A DNA stretch of 64,000 nucleotides, taken from Gordius albopunctatus (Eukaryota). Positions 12,109 through 24,133 of the stretch are shown in pieces. The position numbers and the translations under genes are program-made. The DNA lies in contig OZ193909.1 in assembly GCA_964276515.1 (NCBI GenBank), forward strand, positions 186,001 through 250,000. The letters run 5' to 3'. A model generated the notes under the pieces. The model was not told the origin of the DNA and made no database searches. It saw only the letters and a list, made by a program, of their open reading frames with translations. The number at the start of each line of letters is the position of its first letter. Within the stretch, counting starts at the first letter, position 1.

Positions 12109-12519
12109 ACTTTAAATTATACTTGGTGATTATTTTGCATACATAAGATTAAATTCAATTTCTTTAGTTTGTACAATATTTAAAAAAAAACTATAAAAAT
12201 AACCACTAAAAATTTCATTATAATCTTCAAAAATACGAAGGCATTAATAAGCAATATATTATATAAATTTTCGGTAATTGACGAGACTTTAAACAGCTAT
12301 ATTAAAAAACTTTTTCTATGGCCAATTTAAAGTCTATTAATAATATTGATATTAATTTGAAAGATGTGAATGATATATCAAAAATTGCAATATAAGTAGC
12401 AGATTATTTAATTTATAAGCAGTCACGTGACAATCGCCATATAACGTCTTTCATTCCTCTTAACTATATGCTGATTTCAAATTTCCATGATATCGAAAGT
12501 TAAAGAATATTTTTTAGAT

Positions 12520-15500
12520 ATGCCTAGGTCTTACAAACGCTCTCACAGTTATTCAACGCACAGTTATAAAAAACGAAACGGGGATCATGAAGATGATGAC
12601 AAGTAAATATAACATTCTTTTTTTATATAGCATTTCTAGACACTATCAAAATCACAGGCATAAAATTAAGCGGCCTAAATACAGAGATTCAAGGTCAGGT
12701 GAGCATTCAAAAAATGGTGGAGAAAATTATCATTCAAAATACCGTTCCATTAGTCAAGAAGAGACCTCCTCGGCATCGAGATATAGGAATAAGCAACGTC
12801 ATAAGCGAAACAACCATCGAACTCGTACTTCATCCAGCGATCGAGTAATATTCATGTTCACATTTTTAATTTTAAGCTGCACCTGTTTGGCTACTTTTTA
12901 ATTTTACATTAATCTTAAGGATAAATTTTTTATAAAAACTTATTAAGTTGCTTAACAATTAATAACTGCATTGTAATATGCCAATAGCATATGATAGCAA
13001 ATATAGCAATAACTACAATTCCCATTTTTATAATTCTAAGTTTTATAAGGTAATATATATAAATATATAATTTTATACAAATGGGTTGGTTATCCATAAA
13101 TTCAATGAAATTTTTGTTTCTCTCATGCTAAAAATATAATATGGCCACACAAATGGGTGTAATTTGGAATCTCTCACTTCCTTAATTGAATAAACTTGTT
13201 AAATGTGATATGAACTGACTGATGCATCAATATGAAATCTGACTAAATTAAGTGTCGGGAAAAATCCGAAAGAAAGGGAAGTGTTGAAGATGACAAAGAA
13301 GGACATCTGATTTATCATCCTGGGGATTGGCTACAAGATAGATGTATTTTAAATGCATAATAATTATGTTCAAAACCTTTTTTCCATCTCATTTTACATT
13401 TTTTACAACCTGTTTTAATTTAATTTTTGTTTAGATGAAATTATCTCAACTTTAGGTGAGGGTACGTTTGGAAAAGTTGTCAAAATCAAAGATGAAAAGT
13501 TAAATTTATAAGTTACAATTTTGATTTAGTTTTGGTTTTATAGAACAAATAGTTTGTCTGCTCTGAAAATTATTAAAAATATTGAAAAATACAGGGAAGC
13601 TGCCAAGCTTGAAATCAATGTGTTGAAGTTTCTATCAAAAAAAGATCCTGATGGAAAATAGTATACTTTTTAATCCTATAATTCTTTATATTATATTTAG
13701 CCAATGTGTAACTATGCTTAATTGGTTTAATTATCATGGCCACGTGTGCATTATGTTTGAAATGTTGGGTTTGAGTGTTTTTGAATTTTTGGTAAATTTA
13801 AACATACCCAAAATAATTATATTGTTTAGAAACAAAATAGTTATCAACCCTATCCTTTAGATCAAGTCAGGCACATAGCATTCCAATTATGTTATGCCGT
13901 GAAATGTAAATTTATATGTTACTTGATTATAATTATTTTAGTTCTTCATGATCATCAATTGTCGCATACTGATTTAAAGCCCGAAAACATGCTATTTATA
14001 AATTCTGATTACGAAATAGAAGTTAACCCTAAAACAGTAGGAAAGATTTGCAATTTGTTTAAATTTGTGCTTAGGGCAAAAAATACAAAGTGGTAAAAGA
14101 TTGCAGAATAAAATTAATTGATTTTGGCTCAGCTACATTTGATCATGAACACCATAGCACAATTATATCTACAAGACACTACCGAGCTCCTGAAGTTATA
14201 TTGGGTTAGTCTTGCTTTAATACATGTTATTGAATTTGGAAATTAGTGGCATTCATTTTAACCATTTTTGCAACCTTTATACTATACTGATTTGTTTGCT
14301 TTATTTTGTATTTATTCTTTTACTAAGTTAAAAGATAAAGGCTTTTAAACAAATGTGATGAGTTTTTCCACTTACTCTAGAGAATCATTAATTTAATAGT
14401 CCTATCAATCTAATCTTCTTTCTCACACTCAGTATTTAAATGCTTTTTCTTCAAATATAGAACTAGGATGGTCTTATCCCTGTGATGTATGGAGCATAGG
14501 GGCCATACTCTTTGAGCTCTATAATGGATTAACCCTCTTTCAAGTATGAGTATAAAGGAAATATTAAACCCCATTTTAGACTCATGATAATAGGGAGCAT
14601 TTGGGAATGATGGAAAGAATACTTGGACAAATACCCTATAGGATGTGTAGGAGAACAAAGTAAATCATTCATTGTCCGCTGCATACGAGTGTTGTGCAAT
14701 CGCCTGGGTTTATTTTTAGTCGGCTAAACATAAGCAAACCAAATTAGAGCTCATAAAAATGGTTTTAATAAAGAAATGCCCCGACAATAAGTGTCTTTAC
14801 GTACCCCATCGTAGTAATATAACTCGTTTAAGGTTTCTCCGCCTCCAAGGTCTAGTAGTTCCAATCATTTATGACCATTGGATTGGTTGATGTGGATGGT
14901 CTATTATTAGCAGCTTGATTTGGTTTGCTTATGCTTAGTCCACTAAAGCCAAAGGTCGCCCAAACAAACTAAGCCGTTTGTACATACATACATACATACC
15001 TTTATGTACATACTTTTAAATAGGACCAAGTATTTTTACCATGGCAGACTGGATTGGGATGAGCACAGTTCTGCTGGAAGATATGTTAGAGAAAATTGCA
15101 AACCTCTCATGGTGACTCTTTTATTCTCATTTATATCACATGATACAATAATATGTTATGCCTTCTCTTTATAAGCGCACTTTTTCCAGAATTATTTGAT
15201 TGTTAAGAGTCTATCAAGTGGAAGTTTAAGTTTTTTTGGGAATTGGAGAAGATAACCAGCAAAAAACGCTCATTTTATGTCAATTTAATAGTATATATGT
15301 TTAAATCCACTGTAATAGCAGCACAAGGTTAAAAATTAGCCTTTTCAAATTTGTAATTTGCACGCAACCCATTTGAAGGATAATATTTTTTTACCTACAC
15401 TCTTGATTTGCACTTCTTACATGTGTGCAGCATAAAAATAGGTTTTTAATTATTATTTATGTTTTGGAATCAATAGGAGATTAACAATGATTGGCTTTGC

Positions 15501-15897
15501 TAGACACGGTTTTGCCTATTTTTACACCAAGCATAAAAATTGGGCATAAAATTATATTGATGTTTGTGTTGATGGAGCGGCAACACCACTAATTTGCATC
15601 TATTTTAACTGCAAGTTTACCCTATCTATATCTCAGTCTTTTACCCTTATTCCTACGCAGAGGTATCTGTCGAGCAACAGCCAAGAACACCTGCAACTGT
15701 TTGACCTGATATTCCTGATGCTAGAATACGAACCATCACAGAGGCTCACCCTGAAGCAAGCCTTGAAACACGCATTTTTCGACAAATTATCATCTCGCAC
15801 CCGGGGGGACCTTAGCAAGGAAGGATCGTCATCGTGCTACGAATCATCCCAAAGATCTTCTTACTCCAATCGTAGTAGCAGTAGTGTCAGTCGATGA
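12520..15897 (+). CDS. Doa: CLK/Doa LAMMER dual-specificity kinase, about 12 coding exons (12520-12602, ~12640-12844, 13253-13343, 13435-13498, 13544-13660, 13701-13791, 13830-13905, 13942-14036, 14075-14204, 14461-14543, 14580-14659, 15024-15111, 15661-15897)
   Basis: RS-rich N-terminus, [69 protein letters not shown] introns preserve frame. Confidence 0.96.
14684..14985. mobile_element. Intronic MITE-like inverted-repeat element
   Basis: TTTAGTCGGCTAAACATAAGCAAACCAAATT (about 14715-14745) is inverted at about 14917-14948. Confidence 0.65.
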
Positions 15898-17634
15898 TCA
15901 CTCCTCTCCATCAATTGCTGCCATAATTGGTAAGTTTTTCAAAGTTTACACACTGTGGGGCTAGATTTTATGCCCATTGCATTAGTTAAATTTTTCAGTG
16001 CACATATAATTGCATTTAATGTTAACTTCTCTCAACGCACTAAGGATTTTGGCGATAATGTGAAAATGGGTGACTTTCCCGTCACAGCAAATATTTGTCA
16101 AAAAGATTGCTTTCCAATTTAGATTTTACCTGACAATCTGACACATTTTAAACTAGAAGCTTTGAATGCCTTAACGCTTTCTATTTTTGTATATATGGTT
16201 TATGGCTAATAATACAATGGCATTGTGGAACTTAGCTTTTAGATTGAGTTATTTATAATAAATTTTTTGGTAAAAATGTATATAACTTATTTCTTGCTAA
16301 TTTTTTCCATTCTTGATAAAAAATTAGACTTGTTGTGATTGGAATGTATAATAATTTATAATAGCAAACTTGCCAATTTTATAATAATTTTTGAAAGATA
16401 ATTAAAAAGGTTGTTCATATGCTTTAAATTGATGACAAAAATGAAACAGAGCATTTCGAAGTTTAAGTCTAATGGTGTGTTGAAAACGTTTTAATGTCAT
16501 TTCAATTTCCCGAATCCATACCTTTTTTCCACATCTTTCACGAGTTCATTCCCTTTCCCAACCTTTTTAATGTACTCTGTAACATAATGTCCGTGTTAGT
16601 AAATGTGCGTTGTAAATTGAAAACAAAAAAAACAGGCTTAACTTCGCTTCCTTAAAACAATGCACTTTAACTGACCTTTCCAAATTTGTCGTTTCGTAGG
16701 CTCAAGGATTTCTTCCACTCCTTTGATTTCTCCTCCCATTTTTACTTTAACCTTGATTTGGTATGTTATTACAAAATATTTTATTTTTATTGCAAGAGGA
16801 GATATCGTCGAGGAAGAATTTGTACAAAGAAAATATACCATTGAAATAGGCACTTTTACACTTGGATGTTGTATATTTAATTTATATATATCTATTGTGC
16901 TAAATTGTGAAACATTTTTTGCTAAAATTGGTATGCGCTATTTATTATCTGTATAACAATATATTTGCCATATATCCACCCATACATACATATATGATGT
17001 ATATGTACTTTTAAACAAGCGTGAAATAAACAGCGTAAAAGATTAGATTATAATATTTGCAATCGCTATATTTACTCATTACCTCTTTATGGGCGTCTTC
17101 GTCGAAAGCAAAACCTGCTTACGGGGATATAGTATGTCATTATTTATTTTTAAATTAACATTTGTATATTACCTTGTTTTGACACTCTCTCTAATTCTTT
17201 TTCTTCTTTTCTCCTATCACTTTCAGCCCCCATCCTTTTTTTGTTTCTATTTAAATGTGCTTAATTAGTCATTTTAATCTAATGTAGAAAATACAATTTT
17301 ATACACTTTAAAGGGATGGATGATTAAATACATATATATATTTTAATAGTGAAAGTTTGTATAAAATTTACATAAATATGATATGTGACAGTCTTACACC
17401 GGGAGAAGTAATGTATTCGGTGCAACCAACTCCAGCGCCACATCATTTTCCGTCAGAGGCTGATATCTGCCACGCCATATTCTAGGCTTGCCCGTAAAAG
17501 CCGTCGATTCTATGTTAATAAATTATCCTACTATATTGCTATAAAATTCCTAAGCCACCCTTCTAAAGAATTGCATAGCAAATCATAATACTGCTAATAT
17601 ACGAAGTAAAGAGTTTGAAACTTAACATAAAAAT

Positions 17635-19833
17635 TAGTGATGCTGAAACAGCGTGAAAAATCTCGGTCTCGAGAATTTGAAAAATTGAGTTGAGACGATA
17701 CGAGATTTTTTCGCCGAGATCTCGACTTTTTATTGATTATTAGATTTTAGTAAAATACTAGCTGTGCCCGGCCAAGCGTTGCTTTGGCTTAGGTTTTATT
17801 TAGCTAAATGAAATTAGTGCGTATTAATAGGAAATATATATAAAAGTATTTGGGTTATCTGTATAAGAGTTTATGATTTAAAAAATAATTTATTAACTTA
17901 AAAGGAAAAGGCATATTTTTTAATTAAATAGATTTATAACAGTTTAAATATTTATTAGGTAGCGATGATATGCTATGCATAATTGAATGACAAAAGTGTA
18001 TAAGTTATAAAGCACAGAGCAATGATGTGACCAAATTTGGTGGCAATCGGTGGAGAACTTTAGGAGTTATTAGAGGCCGGAGAAAACGGAGTTACATTTT
18101 TATATAAATATATAGATTGTGTATTTGAATTTGCATGATTTACATTTAAGGCTTGTTTGAATTTTGCAGTTTCTCATCCTGCCTGATGCGATAATTAATT
18201 ATAAATTGGTGGATAATTAGTTTGAATCTATACAAGTTAAGCTAAGGGGCTCGAGATTTTTGAAGCACCCTAGCGTCATTTGCTCCTGCCTAACAATTTC
18301 AAAAAATAAATTTGAGTATTCCGTGACTTTATAGAAGTTTTCATCATACTAATAGTATACCTCCGAAATTTTTGAACCTTAAGACATTATGTGAATATAT
18401 AGTCTTGTCATATGCACTACTTTTCACATTATAAGCTAGGTTGACAGGTGCATTAAAATTTAGGTTTTATTTTTATAATTTTGCAATATAAAATAAATAC
18501 ACGAACCTATACTTATTTGATAAATAACTATTTAATGGCACAGTTAGTTAGAATTGGAAGTTAATTATTTAAAATATAAATTTGATTATAATGATTTTTG
18601 TCATAAATTTAAATACGTGCAACTTAATTTAAAACTTTGTGTTCTTAATCCTATAAATGCTGCTTTTATTGTTGTTTTCAAAACGTTATAATATGTGCAA
18701 CTAGTTATCAATTCTGCAAATAATAATAGTGTCATTAAAAGTCACTCGCACTTTGTGGTCTAAAGGGGTGGGGGGGGGGCAAAACACCCCACCTGCCCCC
18801 CCTCTCCCCCGCATCAGAAAGAGGGCAAAAAATAAGAGGGGGTGGCAAACACACCACCTGCCCGCCGTTCCTCCCCAGGTGAGAAAGAGGGTAAAAAATG
18901 AAAAAATTTCATAAATAAAACATATTCTATAATGCATTATAATTTACTAGAGATTAGATTATAATACTTTTCATTATGACGTCACAATGGGAAAAGTTTT
19001 AACTCAGTGACGTCATGATACATCTATTTTTATTTTCTTAAAAGGTCATTACCTAAATCTAAATACAGCAGCAAATATAATGAACAATACAAACAAATTG
19101 ATATAATATTTGCATGCCCAACCCAAAACCACCAAGAAGACCAAACCAAAAGGTTGATAATATCATCCATCCAAACCCTTTAGGTGTTTAATCCACCCAA
19201 AGCTAAACGCCAAAGGTGGCCCACAAAAATTCACCCAAAACGCTTTGGCTGTTTTTTACTGGGTGAAAAAAAACGGCAACGTTTGCGGGCGACCAATAGA
19301 AACCCTTGGTTTTTTACAACTCTACTACGCTATAGTAAAGATGCAATAAACATGATGGTAATATGAATGGACTTGAACGTTTGCCTTAAATATGTTAAGG
19401 TCTACTTTTAAGTTTTAGCCAGGGTTAATAAAGAGTCTCAATTTGCTCAATTATGCAACTAATTGAACTATAAGCGAACTTATAACTTTCTAAGCCTATT
19501 TATAGTTGACAGACACGGTGAATTTGACTGCTAGAACAATAAAATTTAATTTTCTATACTGTAAATTTATTAATAGTTTTTTTAGTCTGCACTCTCCATT
19601 TAATTATGAATTAATTCATATCTTTATATTGTCAATGAGGTTTTGTGTCCCGCTAAATCTTTAAAAAGTTTGTGCATTAAAGCTTTTAAAATTTTTAACA
19701 CATATTTAATATAACAGGATAACTTTTTATTCCGTATATATTTTTTGTAGAAAGTCGAGACGAGATCGAGATTTTCATAATTGCTCCCGAGACGAGAGTT
19801 TGTTTTTGAGACCGAGACGAGATCGAAACACTA
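17635..19833. mobile_element. Non-autonomous hAT element (TAGTG...CACTA) with nested repeats
   Basis: Perfect 8-bp TSD ATAAAAAT at 17627-17634 and 19834-19841. CGAGA subterminal repeats at both ends. Confidence 0.9.
17757..18117 (+). mobile_element. Helentron/DINE-1-like non-autonomous rolling-circle element
   Basis: Begins ACTAGCTGTGCCCGG, has AAATTTGGTGGCAATCGG near the 3' end, and ends TATATAGAT before a T. Confidence 0.6.
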
Positions 19834-20464
19834 ATAAAAATGTCCCTCGTATGTATAATATATAAATTAAAATTTAGGATTTTCTAGTTGTGGGGATACC
19901 AGTAAGTCGAAGATTATGATATCCAACTTTTACAAAATACGCAAAATGATATTTCTTTTACTTATTATACCTTATATTATATAATTTTATTATATCAATT
20001 AATTAATTTCCTTTAATTTTACTAGCTACGACGCCATTTTTAAATTTGACCTAAACTTAAGAAAGGTGAAATACAAAAACAGGATAATATTTTGTTATGT
20101 AGGCTAATAAAATTCACCTAACTTTTATTAAATAGTATCCAAGTTTTGTATGCATAGAATTTTATAATAATATACAAAGAGTGTGAGACGAGACTGTTAT
20201 AGCTTTTTTTAATTCATTCAAAACTTTAGAATCTATGACACTTTAGATGGTACATGATTTCTACTTTAGCGCTATTAGATTGTGTAGCGAGATTTCCTTT
20301 TCCGCTGCTGCACCAATTTTAAATGCCGCCACAATACTTATACATAATTATGATAAATCGTTCAAATAAATTTAGTTTTCAAATTATTGCCATTAGTTTT
20401 TTGAGGGAGAAATTTTTAACTTGTCCAAAATTTTTTACATATCACAATTTTTAATTTTCGAGTC

Positions 20465-20526
20465 AAATAATTTGAGACGCTTTTGGGTCGGGTTCGGTTA
20501 GAAAAAAGTCACTTGGCAAGCATCTA
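20465..20526 (+). mobile_element. Isolated right end of the hAT family seen at 4019-9957
   Basis: GGGTCGGGTTCGGTTAGAAAAAAGTCACTTGGCAAGCATCTA resembles 9915-9957. Confidence 0.65.
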
Positions 20527-20766
20527 GTTGAGCTTACTTCGATGAAATGATGCATAATGAAATGAGACTTAAACTCCTAAATAAAATTTGAAATTTTTAA
20601 CCTTATCCCACTCTCAAATCCTAAATGGATAAATTTAAAATGTGTTTCATATTAGTCATCATTACCATTTAATTTAGAATCGATCAAAAATTCTAATTGT
20701 CACGTGTAAAAGTGGATAAGAGATAATTTACTTTTTAACTTTTGCGGACTAGTGATGGGATTCACT

Positions 20767-21022
20767 TTGAGATTATTATTTGTAGCGAGGATGTCACGAT
20801 GCGTTGTTTCATCATCTTTGTCAACTCCTGTAATAGCAGCATCTTCATTAGTTGGTCTAGTTACATCTATGCTCGGGTTGCCCGCCAACCCAACCACCAC
20901 CACTCCCATCATTCCCTCGGTCTTAGTGCGATCGTCGGGTGTGAGAAGGAAGCCTTCGTTAATAGCACACCGCGTCATGCTCTGTTCGTCCGCTTCCACT
21001 TTTAGCATGCCAACAATTAAAC
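20767..21022 (-). other. Possible orphan exon, product unknown
   Basis: GC-richer open frame (GLIVGMLKVEADEQ...NNNLK) bounded by ttttctaag| and |gtgaat. No recognisable domain. Confidence 0.3.
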
Positions 21023-24000
21023 CTTAGAAAAACAATTCATGAATCTAATGATTGTTGTTAATTCCTCTTCCTTTTCCATCCAATTTTAACCTATCCCCGC
21101 GCGCGATACCGTTCCTTTAATCCAAGCGATTTGTGCTTCTATTTGAATACAATTTAGTTTGCATGGTAATGAATGATATAGGTTTGTAGCCTTTTCATGC
21201 ACTCGGGGAGGCTATTAATGGGCCATATTTGGAAGTTTTTTCACGTCAATCATTTTCGGAAGTGTGGGAATCAAAGTAAGTATATATATATATAATTTAT
21301 CAAATTAAACGAGTTAAATGGATCTAATCATTAAAAAAGGTTGATAAAATTATTTTGGATTGCAGTAAAATTACGATTTGCCCATTACTTCTTTTAGTAT
21401 TTTGTTAAATTACAGGTGGTATAGCAAATAATTTGTGAAAGGGGCCTAATAGGTATATCTATTATTTTGCCCCCTTCTACGTTTGTTGTAAGACGTTGAA
21501 ATAAATGTAGGTTTAAAAAGTTTAAGAGGGCCTATTTTTAACAGTGATTTTTGATATTAAAGTTAAATAAATTTATTTGAAATAATATATATATATCCAA
21601 ATGATAGACTGTCATCTTATAGTTTCATTATTTTAATCACTTAATAATAGCAATTTGTTTTATTTCTCAACTTATATAGTAAATTAAATAATTATTAAAT
21701 AATTAAATTTGGGCTCAACTCCGGTGTATATAAAGGAAATATTTTTATAAAATAAAATGATTAAATGTTACAAAATAGTACAGAAAAATTACATTGTTGT
21801 ATGGCTCTTGATTGGTTCAAACACTTTTTATTTGAAAAATAGTTAAGGTGTGCTCAAATCTTAGCTCGTCATAATTTTAGGTTCCTTTTCGCATATTATC
21901 AGTATGACAATGTGAGCTTATGCGTGACTAAAGAATTCTACGAATTCCATCTTGGCACCGCTACACTTACATTTTGTTGTACATTAACAAAATGCAAATT
22001 CTCTCATACGTTAAATTCCCTTACATTTCCCATCATTTTACTATTATTACAGAAAGCAATGTTATTCAGTCCCTGTTTTAAAAACTAAACTTTATCTTTT
22101 TGTCATACTACAGATGAGTAATGTAATTGTGTGTTAGTATTAAATTAAGGAAAAGGTTTATTTCTTATTAATAAAATGGCAGCATGCCGATATGATTAGA
22201 ACTCTATCCGTAGGCGTAGCCAGAGGGTGGCAGACCCCTAAATATGTAATAATGGGGCTAAAATTACAAAAATTATTATTTTGCCCCCCCCCCCCCAAAT
22301 CATTATTGGCGGCCCCGTCTCTTAATCCAATCCTCGCTCGCTACACCCATGACATCAAGGTTTCGTTCATTGATTGGATATGCTCGCTCACTTCCATTTC
22401 CCTCCTCAACTAACTGATAGGCCGAGGATGGGGCGAATACCATTTCGCATTTAATATCACAAAAGGAGCTCGGGTTCGACCTGCCTGACGAACCCTTTAT
22501 TTAAAATACCTTTAAGCGCTACGATTATTATTAGGCTTTATTATACATTAGAGCACACTTCTAACATATTTGTATGTGGTCGATCTATGAGTGCTCTGTG
22601 ATAAAAGGTCCAAAAATTTTCCCTTATATTTTACCTGGTATTCTCTTAAAGAATGAAAATAAAGCGTTTGTCACATTAAAAATGACCTAAAACTTTTCAA
22701 AATGCATGCATTCAATGGAAATTTACATATAATGTCATAATGATTCAGGGAAAGCAGAACTTTTGGCCTCATAAACGTATTAGACGGAAATTTTAAAAAT
22801 TTATGTTCTTTCTCATTGTTGTGTTGTTAGTTTAAGATTAAATGCCAAGTTGGTGTGAGCTTTAATTTAAAATATTGTTCTTATACAAGAAAAGGTTTTT
22901 ATTATTTTCCACCTTTCCTGCCTTTATATGAAATCCTCGTAAAAGATTTGTAAATAAAAAAGTTCATTTCCTTCGAATCTTTCTCTGTATAAGATGAAAG
23001 CTCACGTTTCCCTAAATCTTAAAAATTATTTTTGCTGCCGCAGCATCATAACTTAATGATGTTATGCCAATCGATCGAAGCCAGCGGTAAAAGAGAGGAG
23101 GAGACGTTTATAATAGATAGCTTGCTACGTGACTACCACCCAACCCAACCCAACCTAACCTCAACTCAAACACACCCTGCTCCCTCAACCTGTAAGAAGA
23201 AGTGTGTAGAGCGTGATTGATTTCATCTGCTTTATACTTCTCCCTCTATCACCTCATTCCTCCTCCTGCTCAGAGAAGATGCACGATGGTTGGTGGGTGT
23301 GCCGCCACATGACTCCAACTACCTACATCTTGCAAGTGCCAAGGATTTTTGTGTCACAATTTCCCCATTCCTTTATGCCAAATTTGCCACATATACTGCT
23401 AGACTAGCCGATTAAAAGGTTCCTACAGTTGTTTTGCGCAACTTTGTTTTTGTAAGGTCTCTAAATCTCACCGCTTGGCAAGATTATTGCAAATAATATA
23501 ATTTATTTTATAAATTATCGCACAGTTTGTATGTGTATTATGTATATGGCTAGAATGAAGATGGCTGCTGCATCTTAGTCAATTTCTATACTTAGCAAAT
23601 ATTACCCCCCCCTTAATACGTTTAATTACCGCTTCAATTAACTTTTACCTTTCCACTCACTAATGATAAATAAAGTGCTTGAGGTTTAGCGTGCCAGCCA
23701 GGCAGCCAGCTAAGAAAGACCTTGTCGCGACCGGAGGGGTGGGGGCGGGGTGCTGTAAAGAAGAGTAAATAAAATTTCTGGCACAAACCAGCACAGTCTT
23801 TCACTACCTTTTCTCTTACTTACTACTCCAATCCAATACACTTGCGCACTTTGTATACATTTACTTACTACGACGCTCTATTGCTTCATCCAACAACAAA
23901 ATATCGAGTCAAAATCAGGCGTCACTCTTTAATTAATTACACCTCCTCCTCCTATCATGCGGCGAACGATAGATATCAAATAAACGTCATATTGATCAAT

Positions 24001-24133
24001 TTACCTTCCGAAAAATCATAAATTCTTTATTTTTTTTTATCTCGTACTCCAAATTTGTTGGCAAATATCTTTTGGGATCATATAATTAATTTTGCTTTAA
24101 TTCGCGAAAGATCCAAAAGGGAACAGAGGAAAT

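Noticed and set aside
13203..13245. Possible C/D box snoRNA in the CLK intron
   Set aside because: No canonical RUGAUGA box or terminal stem. The CTGA motifs fit better as branch-point or splicing elements.
18701..18937. Pro/Gly-rich small ORFs
   Set aside because: They arise from G/C homopolymer tracts inside a non-autonomous transposon.
22468..22497. GGGTTCG...CTGACGAACCC hairpin as a hammerhead ribozyme core
   Set aside because: No correctly placed GAAA and stem II/III; it is a simple hairpin.
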